A stretch of 63,935 bases of DNA, filler included, from Rozella allomycis CSF55 (lineage: Eukaryota), in NCBI GenBank assembly GCA_000442015.1. It is 5 parts of 5 records of this genome, joined end to end, with 100 filler letters (N's around TTAATTAATTAA, not from the genome) between each part and the next. Parts side by side here need not be neighbours in the genome. Positions count along the whole stretch, not along the records: positions 1 to 31,812 come from KE560395.1; 4 more parts are not named here. The stretch is one strand, 5' to 3'. Shown here in pieces: positions 1 through 11,587 of this stretch. Position 1 is the stretch's first letter. Every line of letters begins with the position of its first letter. Position numbers and translations under genes: made by a program. The notes beneath the pieces were generated by a model that saw nothing but the letters and a program-made list of their open reading frames with translations, did not search any database and was not told the origin of the DNA.

Positions 1-1044
1 GTTTTCTGTCTTATTTGGTCTATTAAAGTCCTTGAAATGTTGAAATTATAAGCAGTGGAAAAGAGAAGAGACTCTTGTTCATCAAAAAACATTTCTTGAG
101 CATCCATTAGCATGATCAAATCAAATTCATAAATGTCTTTGCTTAATAGCAGTTTGGGCTGCATAATTGATAGCCATGAAAGGCAAATGCGGTATATTAT
201 TTTGTATCCTTCGACAAAGAGACAATCCAGTATTCTAAAGGTTGTTTTTAGTGGCAATATGCCAATGAAGAAATTAGACAATAGGGTAGCATAGTTTGGG
301 TTTTCATTTTGATTGTTTTGCAGTTTCCGAACGTGTTTGTGTACTTTGGGTACATATCGAGAAACCAGTTCACTGAAAACGTCCACAAAGGAGTGTACTT
401 GGTAGCGATTGATGGGGAAATAGTTCCAAGCATCTGACTCATTTTTAATCATAGATACCATGCATCCCAAGACATCTTTTAGAAAATGTTTTGCCTAATT
501 TACCATATGCTGACATGTGATGACAGAGACAATGTACGAGTGGCGGTATAAAGGAGCAATACTCGAGATAAGGAAAGTCATGAGCCAAAATACACAAAAG
601 CAAAGTGCTTGTCTTCCTCCCCTTTTCATTCAGCCCCATAGAACTAACATCGAAAGATAAGCAGCCAAATGATGGCGGTTGAATACTGATTGGTATGTGC
701 CTTCCAAAAACTCGGTTCAAGCATTCATTATAATTTCGGTCATGTACTTTAAATTCATGAAATGATTTTTACTGTCGACGAGTTCAACTTTGAGTAATTC
801 GCACCACACCTTAAACAAACAAAGCAATCAATCAATACTTGTCCTCTTAAATTATCAGGTATTCCCTTTCTAATAGTTTGCTTAATGTTTTCATAATCCT
901 TCTTTTTCTGCAAATCAGAAACTGAAAATTGCTTATGCCATGTCAAGTCGAGGGAAATCTGTTCTATTAAATAAGATATTTCTAATTTACATCGTAAGGC
1001 GGGATTCTATATTTTTGTGCATCGACAAAATTCGAAAACGGCAT
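1..1044 (-). CDS. TBC-domain protein, TBC1D24/Skywalker-like; 3' end runs off the window
   Basis: Spliced translation through 4 tiny GT-AG introns: IRKGIPDNLRGQVW...HDFPYLEYCSFIPPLVHCLCHHM...LPLKTTFRILDCLFVEGYKIIYRICL, matching the TBC fold motifs as seen in the TBC1D24 family. ATG at 1044. Confidence 0.75.
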
Positions 1045-1387
1045 TAGCTTCAAAATTGTTGTTTTGAAATTTTCGTTGTTACAGAAGTGAAACTCTAATG
1101 ACTAATTCACAAAGATTATCAATATGACCAACATTGTTACACTTTACAGACAATGAACATACACATTCTGGACTCTAGGACACTATTAGGAAATCAAAGA
1201 TTGTATACTTTGTGGTATTAAGATTTTAAGAATTNATATCAATATGACCAACATTGTTACACTTTACAGTCAATGAACATACACATTCTGGACTCTAGGA
1301 GACCATTAGGAAATCAAAGATTGTATACTTTGTGGTATTAAGATTTTAAGAATTATATTTATTTAAAAGAATGAGAAAACTACTACT

Positions 1388-4300
1388 CTATGTTGCTGTT
1401 GACGCTCGCCGGCTTAAGGTATTGACAGCTTCTACTTTTAAAACAGCGCTCTTAAACTTTTTCTTACTTTTACTAGCCCAGTACTCGTGATTTGAGTTTA
1501 AATTTGCAACGATATCTGGAATATTAAATACTTCATTAAAAGCCTGAAATAGTGGTTTGCAAACATACTCAATAAATCCAATCTGAGACTTGTAAAGCTA
1601 GTTTAAGCTAAATTAAATTCTTACTGGCGTGCTTTCTCTATCCATTAAGGGTGAAACTGGCATTTTCAAAGACTTTTCCAAATCTCCTTGTCTAAAAAAC
1701 TCCTCTGTCACCAAATTAGCCCATTGAATGCTAATTTCATTTGTACGAGATGGATTGCTCACATCACCACACTTTATCATCATTTTCATTATCAAAAGAT
1801 GTAGTTCATCATTATCATCTTTCATTGTTTGGATTTGTGGTATCTTTGTTGGTCATATAGAACATTTACTTTGGCCTTAAAATTTGACACAACAAGGAAA
1901 TGCATAGCAAAGTCANCTTGTATTTGTGGTATCTTTGTTGGTTATATAGTTTAATTACTTTGGCCTTAAAATTTGACACAACAAGGAAATGCATAGCAAA
2001 GTCAGTTGTGAGAACTAAATCTACGACAGTAGACCTAAACTTTTGCACTTTAGTGTCACTAATATTTCCTAAAAAGTTATGTTTGCCTAATAACCTAAAG
2101 GCCACTGATGCATGATGAGATTCAAGAACTGATTTATCATTATACAGAATAGCCAATTCAGATTTTGATGCTATAAGAAAATTATTGTTTAATCCTGGGT
2201 GATCGACATCATGAACAAGACAAGCAACATATAGGCAAAGTATATCAAAATCAGACAATATCCCTTTAATCTTTTCATGGTGAGATAATGAATACGCAGC
2301 TTGCAAAACATCTGCTCCATGGAATGCGTTATGATAAGGGTTTTCGGAGTGATAGTTTATTTCAATGGCCGTCAGATATTCAGCAAATTTTAGAGGGTCT
2401 ATCTTAAGGCTTAAAAACAAATCTCTTGATTTCATAGCATGAATTCCCATTAAAACAATCGGATGATCTTTAATTTCCAGTGTATTAAAACTCCAAAGCT
2501 TCATTTCGTTTTGGAGCCTATCCAATTTAGAATTGTATAAACTGTAGAGACTTTGAGGAAGAAAATCAAAATTTTCATTTTCTAGTTCAGTTTGGGTTTC
2601 ATTTTCGTTTATGGTAGGAGGAATCGCACTTGCTTCCTTGTCTGTTTCNGGCATGAATTCCCATTAAAACAATCGGATGATCCCTAATTTCTAGTGTATT
2701 AAAACTCCATAGCTTCATTTCGTTTTGAAGCCTATCCAATTTAGAATTATATAAACTGTAAAGACTTTGAGGAAGAAAATCAAAATTTTCATTTTCGATT
2801 TCAGTTTCGGTCTCATTTTCGTTTATGGTAGGAGGAATCGCACTTGCTTCCTTGTCAGCTTCTGGTTTTTGACTCAAGAACTGTGTTATTAAAAAATTCT
2901 ATTTTTTTCCATGGAAATATTTACCGCAAGCTCTTCATCTGACTCTGTCTCATTCTTAAAAGTCTTTCTAATTCTTTGTTCCAACAAACTCGAATGGTTT
3001 GATTCCATTTGACCCAAAGATTCCAAAACTTTTTGGAGCATTTCAATCTGTAATGAGTCTTTAGTGTTCTTCAGCAATGATTTTATTAGCCTGCTGGCTT
3101 CTGTAATCGAGTAGTTTTCCAACATCAAGTTTTCATAGAGACTAGAGTCCTCCTCTGTCAATATCTTAGAGGTACTGAGACTTGGTATCCTGAAACTTGC
3201 ACTTCCCTGTTTTAAATATGAGATGTCTGATGCTCGTCTATCACTAACGATTGACCCTGGACGTGTCATATGACCTCGGACTTCGCTAATGGATGGCGCT
3301 TTTCGAACTTCAGGCCTAATTTCAGAGCCATTCTTGGTATCTATTTGAATATTTGATGTTGCGATAACTTCTTCCTTTACTTGGCTTTGTTCGGCACCTT
3401 TAATAATGACTTTATCTGGAGCTGGAGCAGGGTTTATTGCATTTTGTTTTTTAAACTTCTTGGAGAAGCATACACATTTGTGCTTTTCTTTTTTACACAT
3501 ATACAATAATAATGCGATTATAGCTAAAAGCCCCAATATTAAGTTTTGTTTCACGTCCCAAATTGAAAATGAAATCGCTATGATCAAACCTAAAAAGTGA
3601 ACTTCATTGATGTAGAAAGATGTTGACTTGTAGATTTTGAAATAGGCATATTGAATTAGTAAATGAAGTGAAAAATCGTAAACAGTGACATCAGGCTTTG
3701 TCAAAAAATAATACGTGCAAATATTTGCTATCCATGTTATTTGAAAAGGGAGATACATGAGTTTTTGATTNGATTTGCAATGAATCTTTGGTGTTCTTCA
3801 GCAATGACTTCACTAGCCTACTGGCCTCTGTAATCGAGAAGTTTTCTAGCATCAAGTTCTCGTAGAGACTGGAGTCCTCCTCGGTCAATATCTTAGAGGT
3901 ACTCAGACTTGGTACCCTGAAACTCGCACTTCCTTGTTTTAAATATGAGATATCAGATGCTCGTCTATCACTAACGATGGATCCTGGACGAGTCATATGG
4001 CCTCGGACCTCGCTAATGGATGGAGCTTTTCGTACTTCGGGCTTTACTTCAGAGTTGGTCTTAGTATCTATTTGAATATTTGATGTTGCGATAATCTCTT
4101 CTTTAACTTGATTTTGTTCAGAACCTTTAATGATAATTTTATCTGGAGCTGGAAGGGGGTTTATAACATTTTGTTTTTTAAAGTTCTTGGAAAAACAGAT
4201 ACATTTATGCTTTTCTTTTTTACATATATACATTAATAAAACAATTATTGCAGAGAGCCCCAATATCAGGTTTTGTTTCACATCCCAAATTGAAAATGAA

Positions 4301-4806
4301 ATCGCTATGATCAAACTTAAAAAGTGAACTTCATTGATATAAAAAGATGTTGCCTTGTATATTTTGAAGTAGGCGTACTGAATAAGTAACTGAAGTGAAA
4401 AATCGTAAACGGAGATGTTGGGCTTTGTCAATATATAATACGTGCATATATTTGCTATCCATGTTATTTGAAAAGGGAGATACATGAGTTTTTGATTTAA
4501 TCGATATCGTTTTACACATATAATTTCAATAACGGAGATGGCGAACAAAAAATATTTCGTAACCAACACTGCAATTCCGTAATTTCCTAGCAAGTTACCA
4601 TTCATTGCATCAAAAACTATTTGGTAAAAAATTAGAGGTAATGTGATTATCATTTTTGTCTTGATGATACGGCGTACGTGGTCTCGATCGCTTAGTTACA
4701 ATGGAGAATATGTACATACATTTTGTGNGCCATAATTTCCAAGTAAGTAACCATTCATTGCATCAAAAACTATTTGGTACAAAATCAGAGGTAATGTGAT
4801 TATCAT
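1388..4806 (-). CDS. Class I cyclic-nucleotide phosphodiesterase with N-terminal hydrophobic (membrane) region; internally duplicated by assembly
   Basis: YHNAFHGADV, HDVDHPGLNN, LESHH, KCGDVSNP, EEFFRQGD and SQIGFI motifs. The N-terminal ~140 aa contain several TM-like segments. Segments are repeated around single Ns at 1916, 2649, 3771 and 4728; the start lies at 4653 or 4806 depending on the allele copy. Confidence 0.9.
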
Positions 4807-4957
4807 TTCTGTCTTGTGTTAACTTACGTGGTCTCGATCCGCTTAGTTACAATGGAGAATATGTACATACATATTTGTATTGATAATTTAAAGATTCTAA
4901 TTTATAAATAATTTGGTGATCTATTTTTGACAATTTTAAAATAACTGTTTTATTAGC

Positions 4958-6832
4958 TTATTCGGATGCGGATTTTATGAGCGCCTGCTTTATATCTTCA
5001 ATCAAGTCATCAGTATCTTCAATTCCAACTGAAAGTCTGATTAAGTTATCAGTTATTCCCAATGCAAGTCTGTCTTCTTTACTGACAGACCCATGAGTCA
5101 TCAAACAACTACTCAAAGATATATCTAGCTGTTACGGAAGTTCAGCCAAGGATTCAACACCACCCAAACTTTCCGCTAGTGTGAATATTTTCAACTCTGC
5201 CAAAAATTTATTNCTTATTCGCATGCAGATTTTATGAGCGCCTGCTTTATATCTTCAATCAAGTCTTCTGTATCTTCAATTCCAACCGAAAGCCTGATTA
5301 AATTATCAGTTATCCCTAATGCAAATCTGTCTTCTTTACTAACAGACCCATGAGTCATCAAGCAACTACTCAAAGATAAATCTAGTTGTTACGGAAGTTC
5401 AGCCAAGGATTCAACACCTCCCAAACTTTCCGCTAGTGTGAATATTTTCAACTCTGCCAAAAATTTATTGGCTACTTTCAAATCTCCGTTTATTCTAAAT
5501 GAAATCATGCCCCCGAATCCACTTTGCTGGCGAACAGCAAGGTCATGTTGAGGATGTGATTTTAAACCAGGGTAAATGACTTGTTTAACAAACTTAGNGC
5601 ATTGGCTACTTTCAAATCGCCATTTATTCTAAAGGAAATCATGCCCCCGAATCCACTCTGCTGACGAACAGCAAGGTCATATTGAGGATGTGATTTTAAA
5701 CCAGGGTAAATGACTTGTTTAACAAACTTAGTTTCTGAGGAAAGATAATTAGCAACTGCCAATGCGTTTCTTTGGTGTTTTTCCATTCTAACTTCCAAGG
5801 TTTTAATACCCCTATGCACAAGGTAGCAATCAAAAGGTGATGGCACCGCGCCAATAGCATTTTGTAANCTCCAAGGTTTTGATGCCCCTATGTACAAGGT
5901 AGCAATCAAAAGGTGATGGCACCGCGCCAATAGCATTTTGTAAAAATGCTAATTTCTCGTATACATTTTCATCTTTAATGACTGCGATGCCCATGACTGC
6001 ATCTGAATGACCATTTATATATTTTGTCATTGAATGGACTACAATATCAGCACCTAATTGAAGAGGCTTCTAATCATGATCCAGATTTTGGATAAATACT
6101 TGAAAATAAGGTGACAAAAAGGTATTGTCTACAACGACTAATATGTCTTTGTCGTGTTGGTGCACTATGTTAGATATTGCTTGTATGTCCACCAATCGTA
6201 GCTAGTGTTCCTTGGCTGAATTATTTACCGTCGGATTTGTAGGTGTTTCAATCCAAACCATCTAGTTTCAATATACTTTTTGGATTTACTTTAGTATTGC
6301 TCTTAATAGCGGATCTTATATTTTCAGGATCATTCAAATCAACAAAAGTTGTTTCATAGCCAATTTGCTTNTAATATACCTTTTGGATTTACTTTAGTAT
6401 TGCTCTTAATAGCAGATCTTATGTTTTCAGGATCATTCAAATCAACAAAAGTTGTTTCATAGCCAATTTGCTTGGCAACTTTGGTGAAGAATCGGTAGGT
6501 TCCACCATAAACATCGTTGACTGATATTATGTGAGAGCCCTTTGGGAGTAAGTGAACAATCGTCGCCGTCGTAGCAGAACCAGACGCAAAAGCCAATGCA
6601 TGTTTGCCACACTCGATTGCTGCCATTACACTTTCAAGATTGGATCTGGTTGGATTTCCAGAACGGGAATATTCAAATCCCTTTATTGTAAAGATATTTC
6701 AATGCATACCTTGTGTACTCCAACAGACTCTTGCTTAAATGTAGTGGATAACGATATTGGAGGAATTACGGCACCGGTTACAGGATCCGGCTCTTGACCC
6801 GAATGAATCAAATGTGTTGCGAAGTTTGTCAT
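4958..6832 (-). CDS. CYS3: Cystathionine gamma-lyase (PLP-dependent)
   Basis: [55 protein letters not shown] (PLP lysine), FTLAESLGG and LIRLSVGIE. Allelic duplicates around Ns. Confidence 0.95.
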
Positions 6833-6970
6833 TTGCAAATGATTTGTGAATTTTCCAATATCCAAATTGAAATGAGTGAATTGACACAATTACAAATTGA
6901 TCATTAATGGGTTAATGCTTTTATTGACAGGTTGAATTCTACTTGTGCTTTATAATTGATGNATTGATCA

Positions 6971-8205
6971 TTAATGATTTAATGCTTTTATTGACAGGTT
7001 GAATTCTACTTGTGCTTTATAATTGATGAATAATTGCAGAGAAGTTTCTGATTCTATGGTTTTTAATACGTTCCACGATTCGAACGTTTCCATTGCCTCT
7101 TTATCTTGGAAAATGAGGGAGTGGTAAATAGAATGCTTCCCAAGTTCTGAATCATCCCAAACTTCTGTTAACTATCATTATATGCCTCGACGGTTACTTG
7201 GTCAAAATTTTGATCTAAGAATGTTGGAATACTACGAAGAACTTTTTCGCGTACTATCAAATTAAGTTTTTCAACATCAGACATTATCAACTTATCTGTG
7301 GCATTGTATTTCCATTCTCTTTTTAAGCATTTAGAAAAAAGAAAATTCTATTGCAAAATCGAGATTGAATTACCCTTAGGTTGGCAATATTGAAACCTTT
7401 ATAGCCGCTGACTAAAAAATGAATTTCATCCATTCGCTGTCGAAATATATTTTGATACATTTGTTTTTTAGCGTCTAACAAAGATGCGTTCGTCAAATCA
7501 TCGGACTATTTCATGCGAAGAGTTCATTTACTCTTGAGAAAACCAGCGTAATTGGAAGTTTTTGAGCATACACAAACTCCATTAATTCTAATTCTTTTTC
7601 TTCTATTCTTTTATCGTCGACATTTGAAATATAAAGTACTATTTTAATGAAGTTGGTTACTTACTTCGATCCAATTCATCAAAATCTATGTCCTTTAAAA
7701 CTCTTGATTGATATTTTTTTAATTGATTACTTTAAACATGAAGGGGTATCTTTTAAAACTAACTGGTGATAATCTTGAGAAACACAACCGGATATAACCA
7801 TATTTGTAGTGCCTGGATATATGGAAGTCGGAGACGCCTTTTGATATAANAGATGGGGTATCTTTTAAAACTAACTGGTGATTATCTTGAGAAACACAGC
7901 CGGTTATAACTATATTTGTAGTGCCTGGATATATGGAAGTCGGAGACGCCTTTTGATATAAAAATAGTAAAATGTACCAAGCTTTGAATTAATGAATTGA
8001 AAAGTGTTGATTTCCCGGAATTAGGCATTCCCACAACTATTACATCTTGGCTAAACGGGACAATAGGCTGAGACACTTTGTCGCCCTTAAAGAACAATCG
8101 ATTCTCGCCTATAATTTAATTAATGATAAAAATACTTGGCGCTCTTAAAGTGTTTAACATTCTCAAATGCATAATTGCTTGCGGTAGATGTCGACATCTA
8201 AACAT
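6971..8205 (-). CDS. Era/ERAL1-like GTPase with C-terminal KH-like region; G3 and G4 motifs degenerate
   Basis: Spliced across 7 introns: basic amphipathic N-terminus, VIVVGMPNSGKSTLFNSL (G1), TSIYPGTTNIVITG (G2), QLVLKDTPS (G3), LPITLVFSRSD (G4 position), FLVSGYKGFNIANL (G5), then WKY...LIVREKVLRSIP as in Era. Confidence 0.75.
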
Positions 8206-8326
8206 TGAAATTTCCTAAAACAGCAACTAAATAATGAATCTCGAAAGTTATTTATTTATTCATCATCTAATGCCAAGAGATCAAACATATTGGTAACCTT
8301 NGAATTAAATCTCGAAAGTTTTTTAT

Positions 8327-10045
8327 TTATTCATCATCTAATGCCAAGAGATCAAACATATTGGTGACCTTTGCATTCTTATTCTTTTTGTTCTTCTTGT
8401 TAGCTTTGAGAACACTTGGGTCAACGACACATAAATTCAATAATAAAGACAATCTTTCAGGGATCTCTTCAGGGAAACCATTCTTTTCAATGTAACCAAG
8501 ATACTTGATGAATCCAAGGCCATTCAATTTCATGAACGATTTAAGGATTTTTTGATGATCTTCAGGAATTAAGAGAAGCGCCAAGAGAGTGACAGAGTAA
8601 AACATTGCAACAAATTCAGCAAACGTGTGGTAAGTTTTATCGACGAGAAATGAAGGAGCTTTTGATTCAACAACGTCAAACCCTTCAACAGTCTCTTTTT
8701 GTTCTACTGCGATATCAATAGATTTACCAAGAGTTGAGAAATAGAGTGCAACAACTTGACCTTTTGATAAGTATTTCCCCTTTTGAAGAGCCATGATTGC
8801 CAACTCTGAGATATCTTGATATTCAAATTTAAGGCCCAATAGACTAGCTAGTTTTTCTCTTCTATCTTCAACAGAAAGTTCCTTCAATTCTTCATAATTC
8901 AAATAGTTATTCAGACTAACATCTTCAAAATGGAATTCTTCATAAAAGCGAATCAATTCTTTCACAGATTCCAAAGGTCCTATCACGGAAGACAAAATGT
9001 TATAGATGTGGTTTCTAACATTTCTAGACGATAACCAGCAGGTAGCTTGGTTTAAATCAGCAACCAAAGTGCTACAAACCATTATACCGCTTCCAATGAT
9101 TGACACAACATTTGGATCATAGAGAGCAATCTCACATTTCGATTTAAATTCATCATCAAATTTAAGATCTTCAGTTGAAGATTCATTTTGGTACTTTGAT
9201 ACAGCCGATGCGAATTTGGATGCAGCTTCGCTCATTCGATCTTCATAGAACAATCCACTTGCTACAGCTATTCTTGTAAAAGCTCCAATCATATCTTCAT
9301 TATCTTTTGGAACTGGTTCAGAAAGAGCTGCCGATGCTTCTTTAAATGTCATTGTTCTTTTGGCAAACTTTTCATGCTGGGGTTCAAAATGATAGCATCC
9401 ATAAAAACAGGCCAACAGTGGCAAATTGGAAACAGGTACATTGAAGCTTTTGGCAAGTTCATCAGACGTCCAAAGCGGCCATTCGTCTTTTGGCTCGTCA
9501 AACAGATCCACAGACGTGATTGGTACATATCCTACAAGCCATTTGTGATATAAAAGAAATTCGGCATCCGAGCTTATTATTATCCCATTAACTTTACGTC
9601 CTTTCTGGACAATGGCAAGATCAACGTCAGTAGCTTCAACTCTCTCAATAACGATAAAGTCTAGTTCCCTGGCAATATCAACAAGAATCAATGGACAAAA
9701 CGGACTTGCAATTCTATGAGTCTCATTGTTTGGTAACTTGCGGAGGTTTTGAGTACCCTTAAGTTTCTTTTGTTCACGGTGCTGAAGGGAAGGAAGAACA
9801 AAGTCTTTGGAAGGAGTTTCGATAAACAAGTGAATTTTTTTAAATTTTTTGTTCAGGTTTTTAAATACCTGGACAAAGGAATCTCTTAACTTGGCGTTGT
9901 CAGTCAAGTAGAGGTCTTGGACTTTCGCCTTGTGAACATAGCGGATAAGAGATGAGGCATCAATAAGGGCAGAATCAGAGCTGCTATTTTTCAAAGTGCC
10001 ATTCAAATTTGAAAGAGAATACGACAAGAGACTACGCGCAACCAT
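8327..10045 (-). CDS. Asteroid/FAM120-like XPG-type PIN-domain protein
   Basis: Intronless ORF with LIDASSLI, VEATDVDLAIV...IIISSDAEFLLY and LPLLACFYGC, matching the XPG_I-like signature. Several acidic catalytic positions look altered. Confidence 0.65.
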   Translation of the reverse strand: MVARSLLSYSLSNLNGTLKNSSSDSALIDASSLIRYVHKAKVQDLYLTDNAKLRDSFVQVFKNLNKKFKKIHLFIETPSKDFVLPSLQHREQKKLKGTQNLRKLPNNETHRIASPFCPLILVDIARELDFIVIERVEATDVDLAIVQKGRKVNGIIISSDAEFLLYHKWLVGYVPITSVDLFDEPKDEWPLWTSDELAKSFNVPVSNLPLLACFYGCYHFEPQHEKFAKRTMTFKEASAALSEPVPKDNEDMIGAFTRIAVASGLFYEDRMSEAASKFASAVSKYQNESSTEDLKFDDEFKSKCEIALYDPNVVSIIGSGIMVCSTLVADLNQATCWLSSRNVRNHIYNILSSVIGPLESVKELIRFYEEFHFEDVSLNNYLNYEELKELSVEDRREKLASLLGLKFEYQDISELAIMALQKGKYLSKGQVVALYFSTLGKSIDIAVEQKETVEGFDVVESKAPSFLVDKTYHTFAEFVAMFYSVTLLALLLIPEDHQKILKSFMKLNGLGFIKYLGYIEKNGFPEEIPERLSLLLNLCVVDPSVLKANKKNKKNKNAKVTNMFDLLALDDE

Positions 10046-10114
10046 TTTTAAGTGGCTTATCAAGTGAGCAAAATACTTAGTCGAAAATTAAAATGAAATA
10101 AGATTAAAATTTTA

Positions 10115-11542
10115 TTAATAACAAATAAATTCTGAAGGATCAGTTTCTCTAGCGATCTGGTCAAATTCTTCAAGTGGAAAAAGAACATCTTGTTTCGTAA
10201 TAATTTGTTGTCTTAATGAATTAGAAATATTCAAAATGCTTTTTTCTGTACAACTTTTTAACACCCAAGCACAGTAATCGTCAAGAAATAGTTCATTGAC
10301 CAAGAATCGCAATTCATCACCTTCAAATAGCGTCTTGGCTTTAATAAGTGCTTTCAAAACCCCGCGTTTTCCCAAATTTAACAATTTTTGAAGATCTTTC
10401 AATACTTGATTGCAAAGATCCCAATTTCTATACAAAGGATAAGTCAAAGACCTTCTATAGCACGATACTAGAACATCTTTTAAACATTTAAATTCCTATC
10501 ATAATTAAAGAAAATACATTGTACGGATAAACACGATATAGTGGAAGAAATCTTGGTGATAGTCCAAGTCGACTCTACATTGAAATCTTCCTCTGTAACT
10601 CTTAGTTCATACAGAAAAGCGTATAGTATATCTACTAGCCCGTATAAAACATATTCAACGTTTGTATTTTCAACTATTATTGAAAGTTTAAAAAATTTAC
10701 ACGTCCTCATCTGGGGATCATTCAGTAGTTCCTTTTCTTCGTTGCTAAACAATATCACATCTGATATCTTTGAATTCTTGTCTTCTGACAATATTTTATG
10801 AAATTCGTCAAATGAACTTTGGAAACTCAACAATTCTTCGATTCTCGGATTAAACTGATCAGCTCTGCATTATAGATAATCATAAAACGTTACATGTAAT
10901 AATTAGGATCAAACTGTTCATCTTCATTTTTTCTTTGAATTTCCCTCTTTTCTTCAAGACTTATGTTTTCGGGATCTGAAAACTCGATAATTTCATTCTT
11001 TGAACTACTGTCGCCGAGAATCCCAGAATATTTCTTATCAAAGCCATACAACCGCTTCTTGTTGGGCAAATCATTGGATCTTATCCCAAGTTGAAAATTA
11101 CATTCCCTCAAAGGTCTGTTTCCCTCCACACACTCATCCTTATTTAGATTCAAAGGCTCATCGTTATTTAAATCCGTAGGCTCTTCAGTGACTTCTTCTT
11201 CGTTTACTTCATTCAAAAGATTAATATCAATCTCAATCGCTTTAATATCGCGTAAATCTCCAAAATCTTCACCACTAACATTCTTCAAAAACTTCATTCC
11301 TATTATTCCAGTCTCCTCGTCAAAAGGCGTGATCTGCGCACCCTCTTTTTGTATTTCCCCGGGAAATATCAAGTGCAGATAATACGGCATCGCGAAAACT
11401 TTAAGATCCTTGCCATTAATGTGTATCTGGATTTCAAGAGTCTATTGAAAAAAATCTATCATTTTACTTTAATAGATTTGCATTCCAAAACGAGCTCCAA
11501 CTCATCTGCCGTTTGGCTCAACTCAAATTTTGGCGTTAGCAT
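10115..11542 (-). CDS. SHQ1: H/ACA snoRNP assembly factor Shq1
   Basis: MLTPKFELSQ (CS-domain start), PYYLHLIFPG, YGFDKKYSG, LVDILYAFLYELR...ESTWTITKIS and RRSLTYPLYRNWDL. Confidence 0.92.
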
Positions 11543-11587
11543 AACTCAGCCACATTCAAATGCAAAATCCAAAGTAAAAAATCAAAT

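Noticed and set aside
720..775. Possible TG-ending intron in the TBC gene
   Set aside because: A canonical 26-nt GT-AG intron slightly upstream restores the frame (DIHDRNYNECLNRVF).
2580..4500. Apparent tandem exon duplications or mutually exclusive exons in PDE, CYS3, the cyclase, STT4, UTP10 and others
   Set aside because: Each junction is marked by a single N and the copies break mid-exon, which fits uncollapsed alleles better than real duplication.
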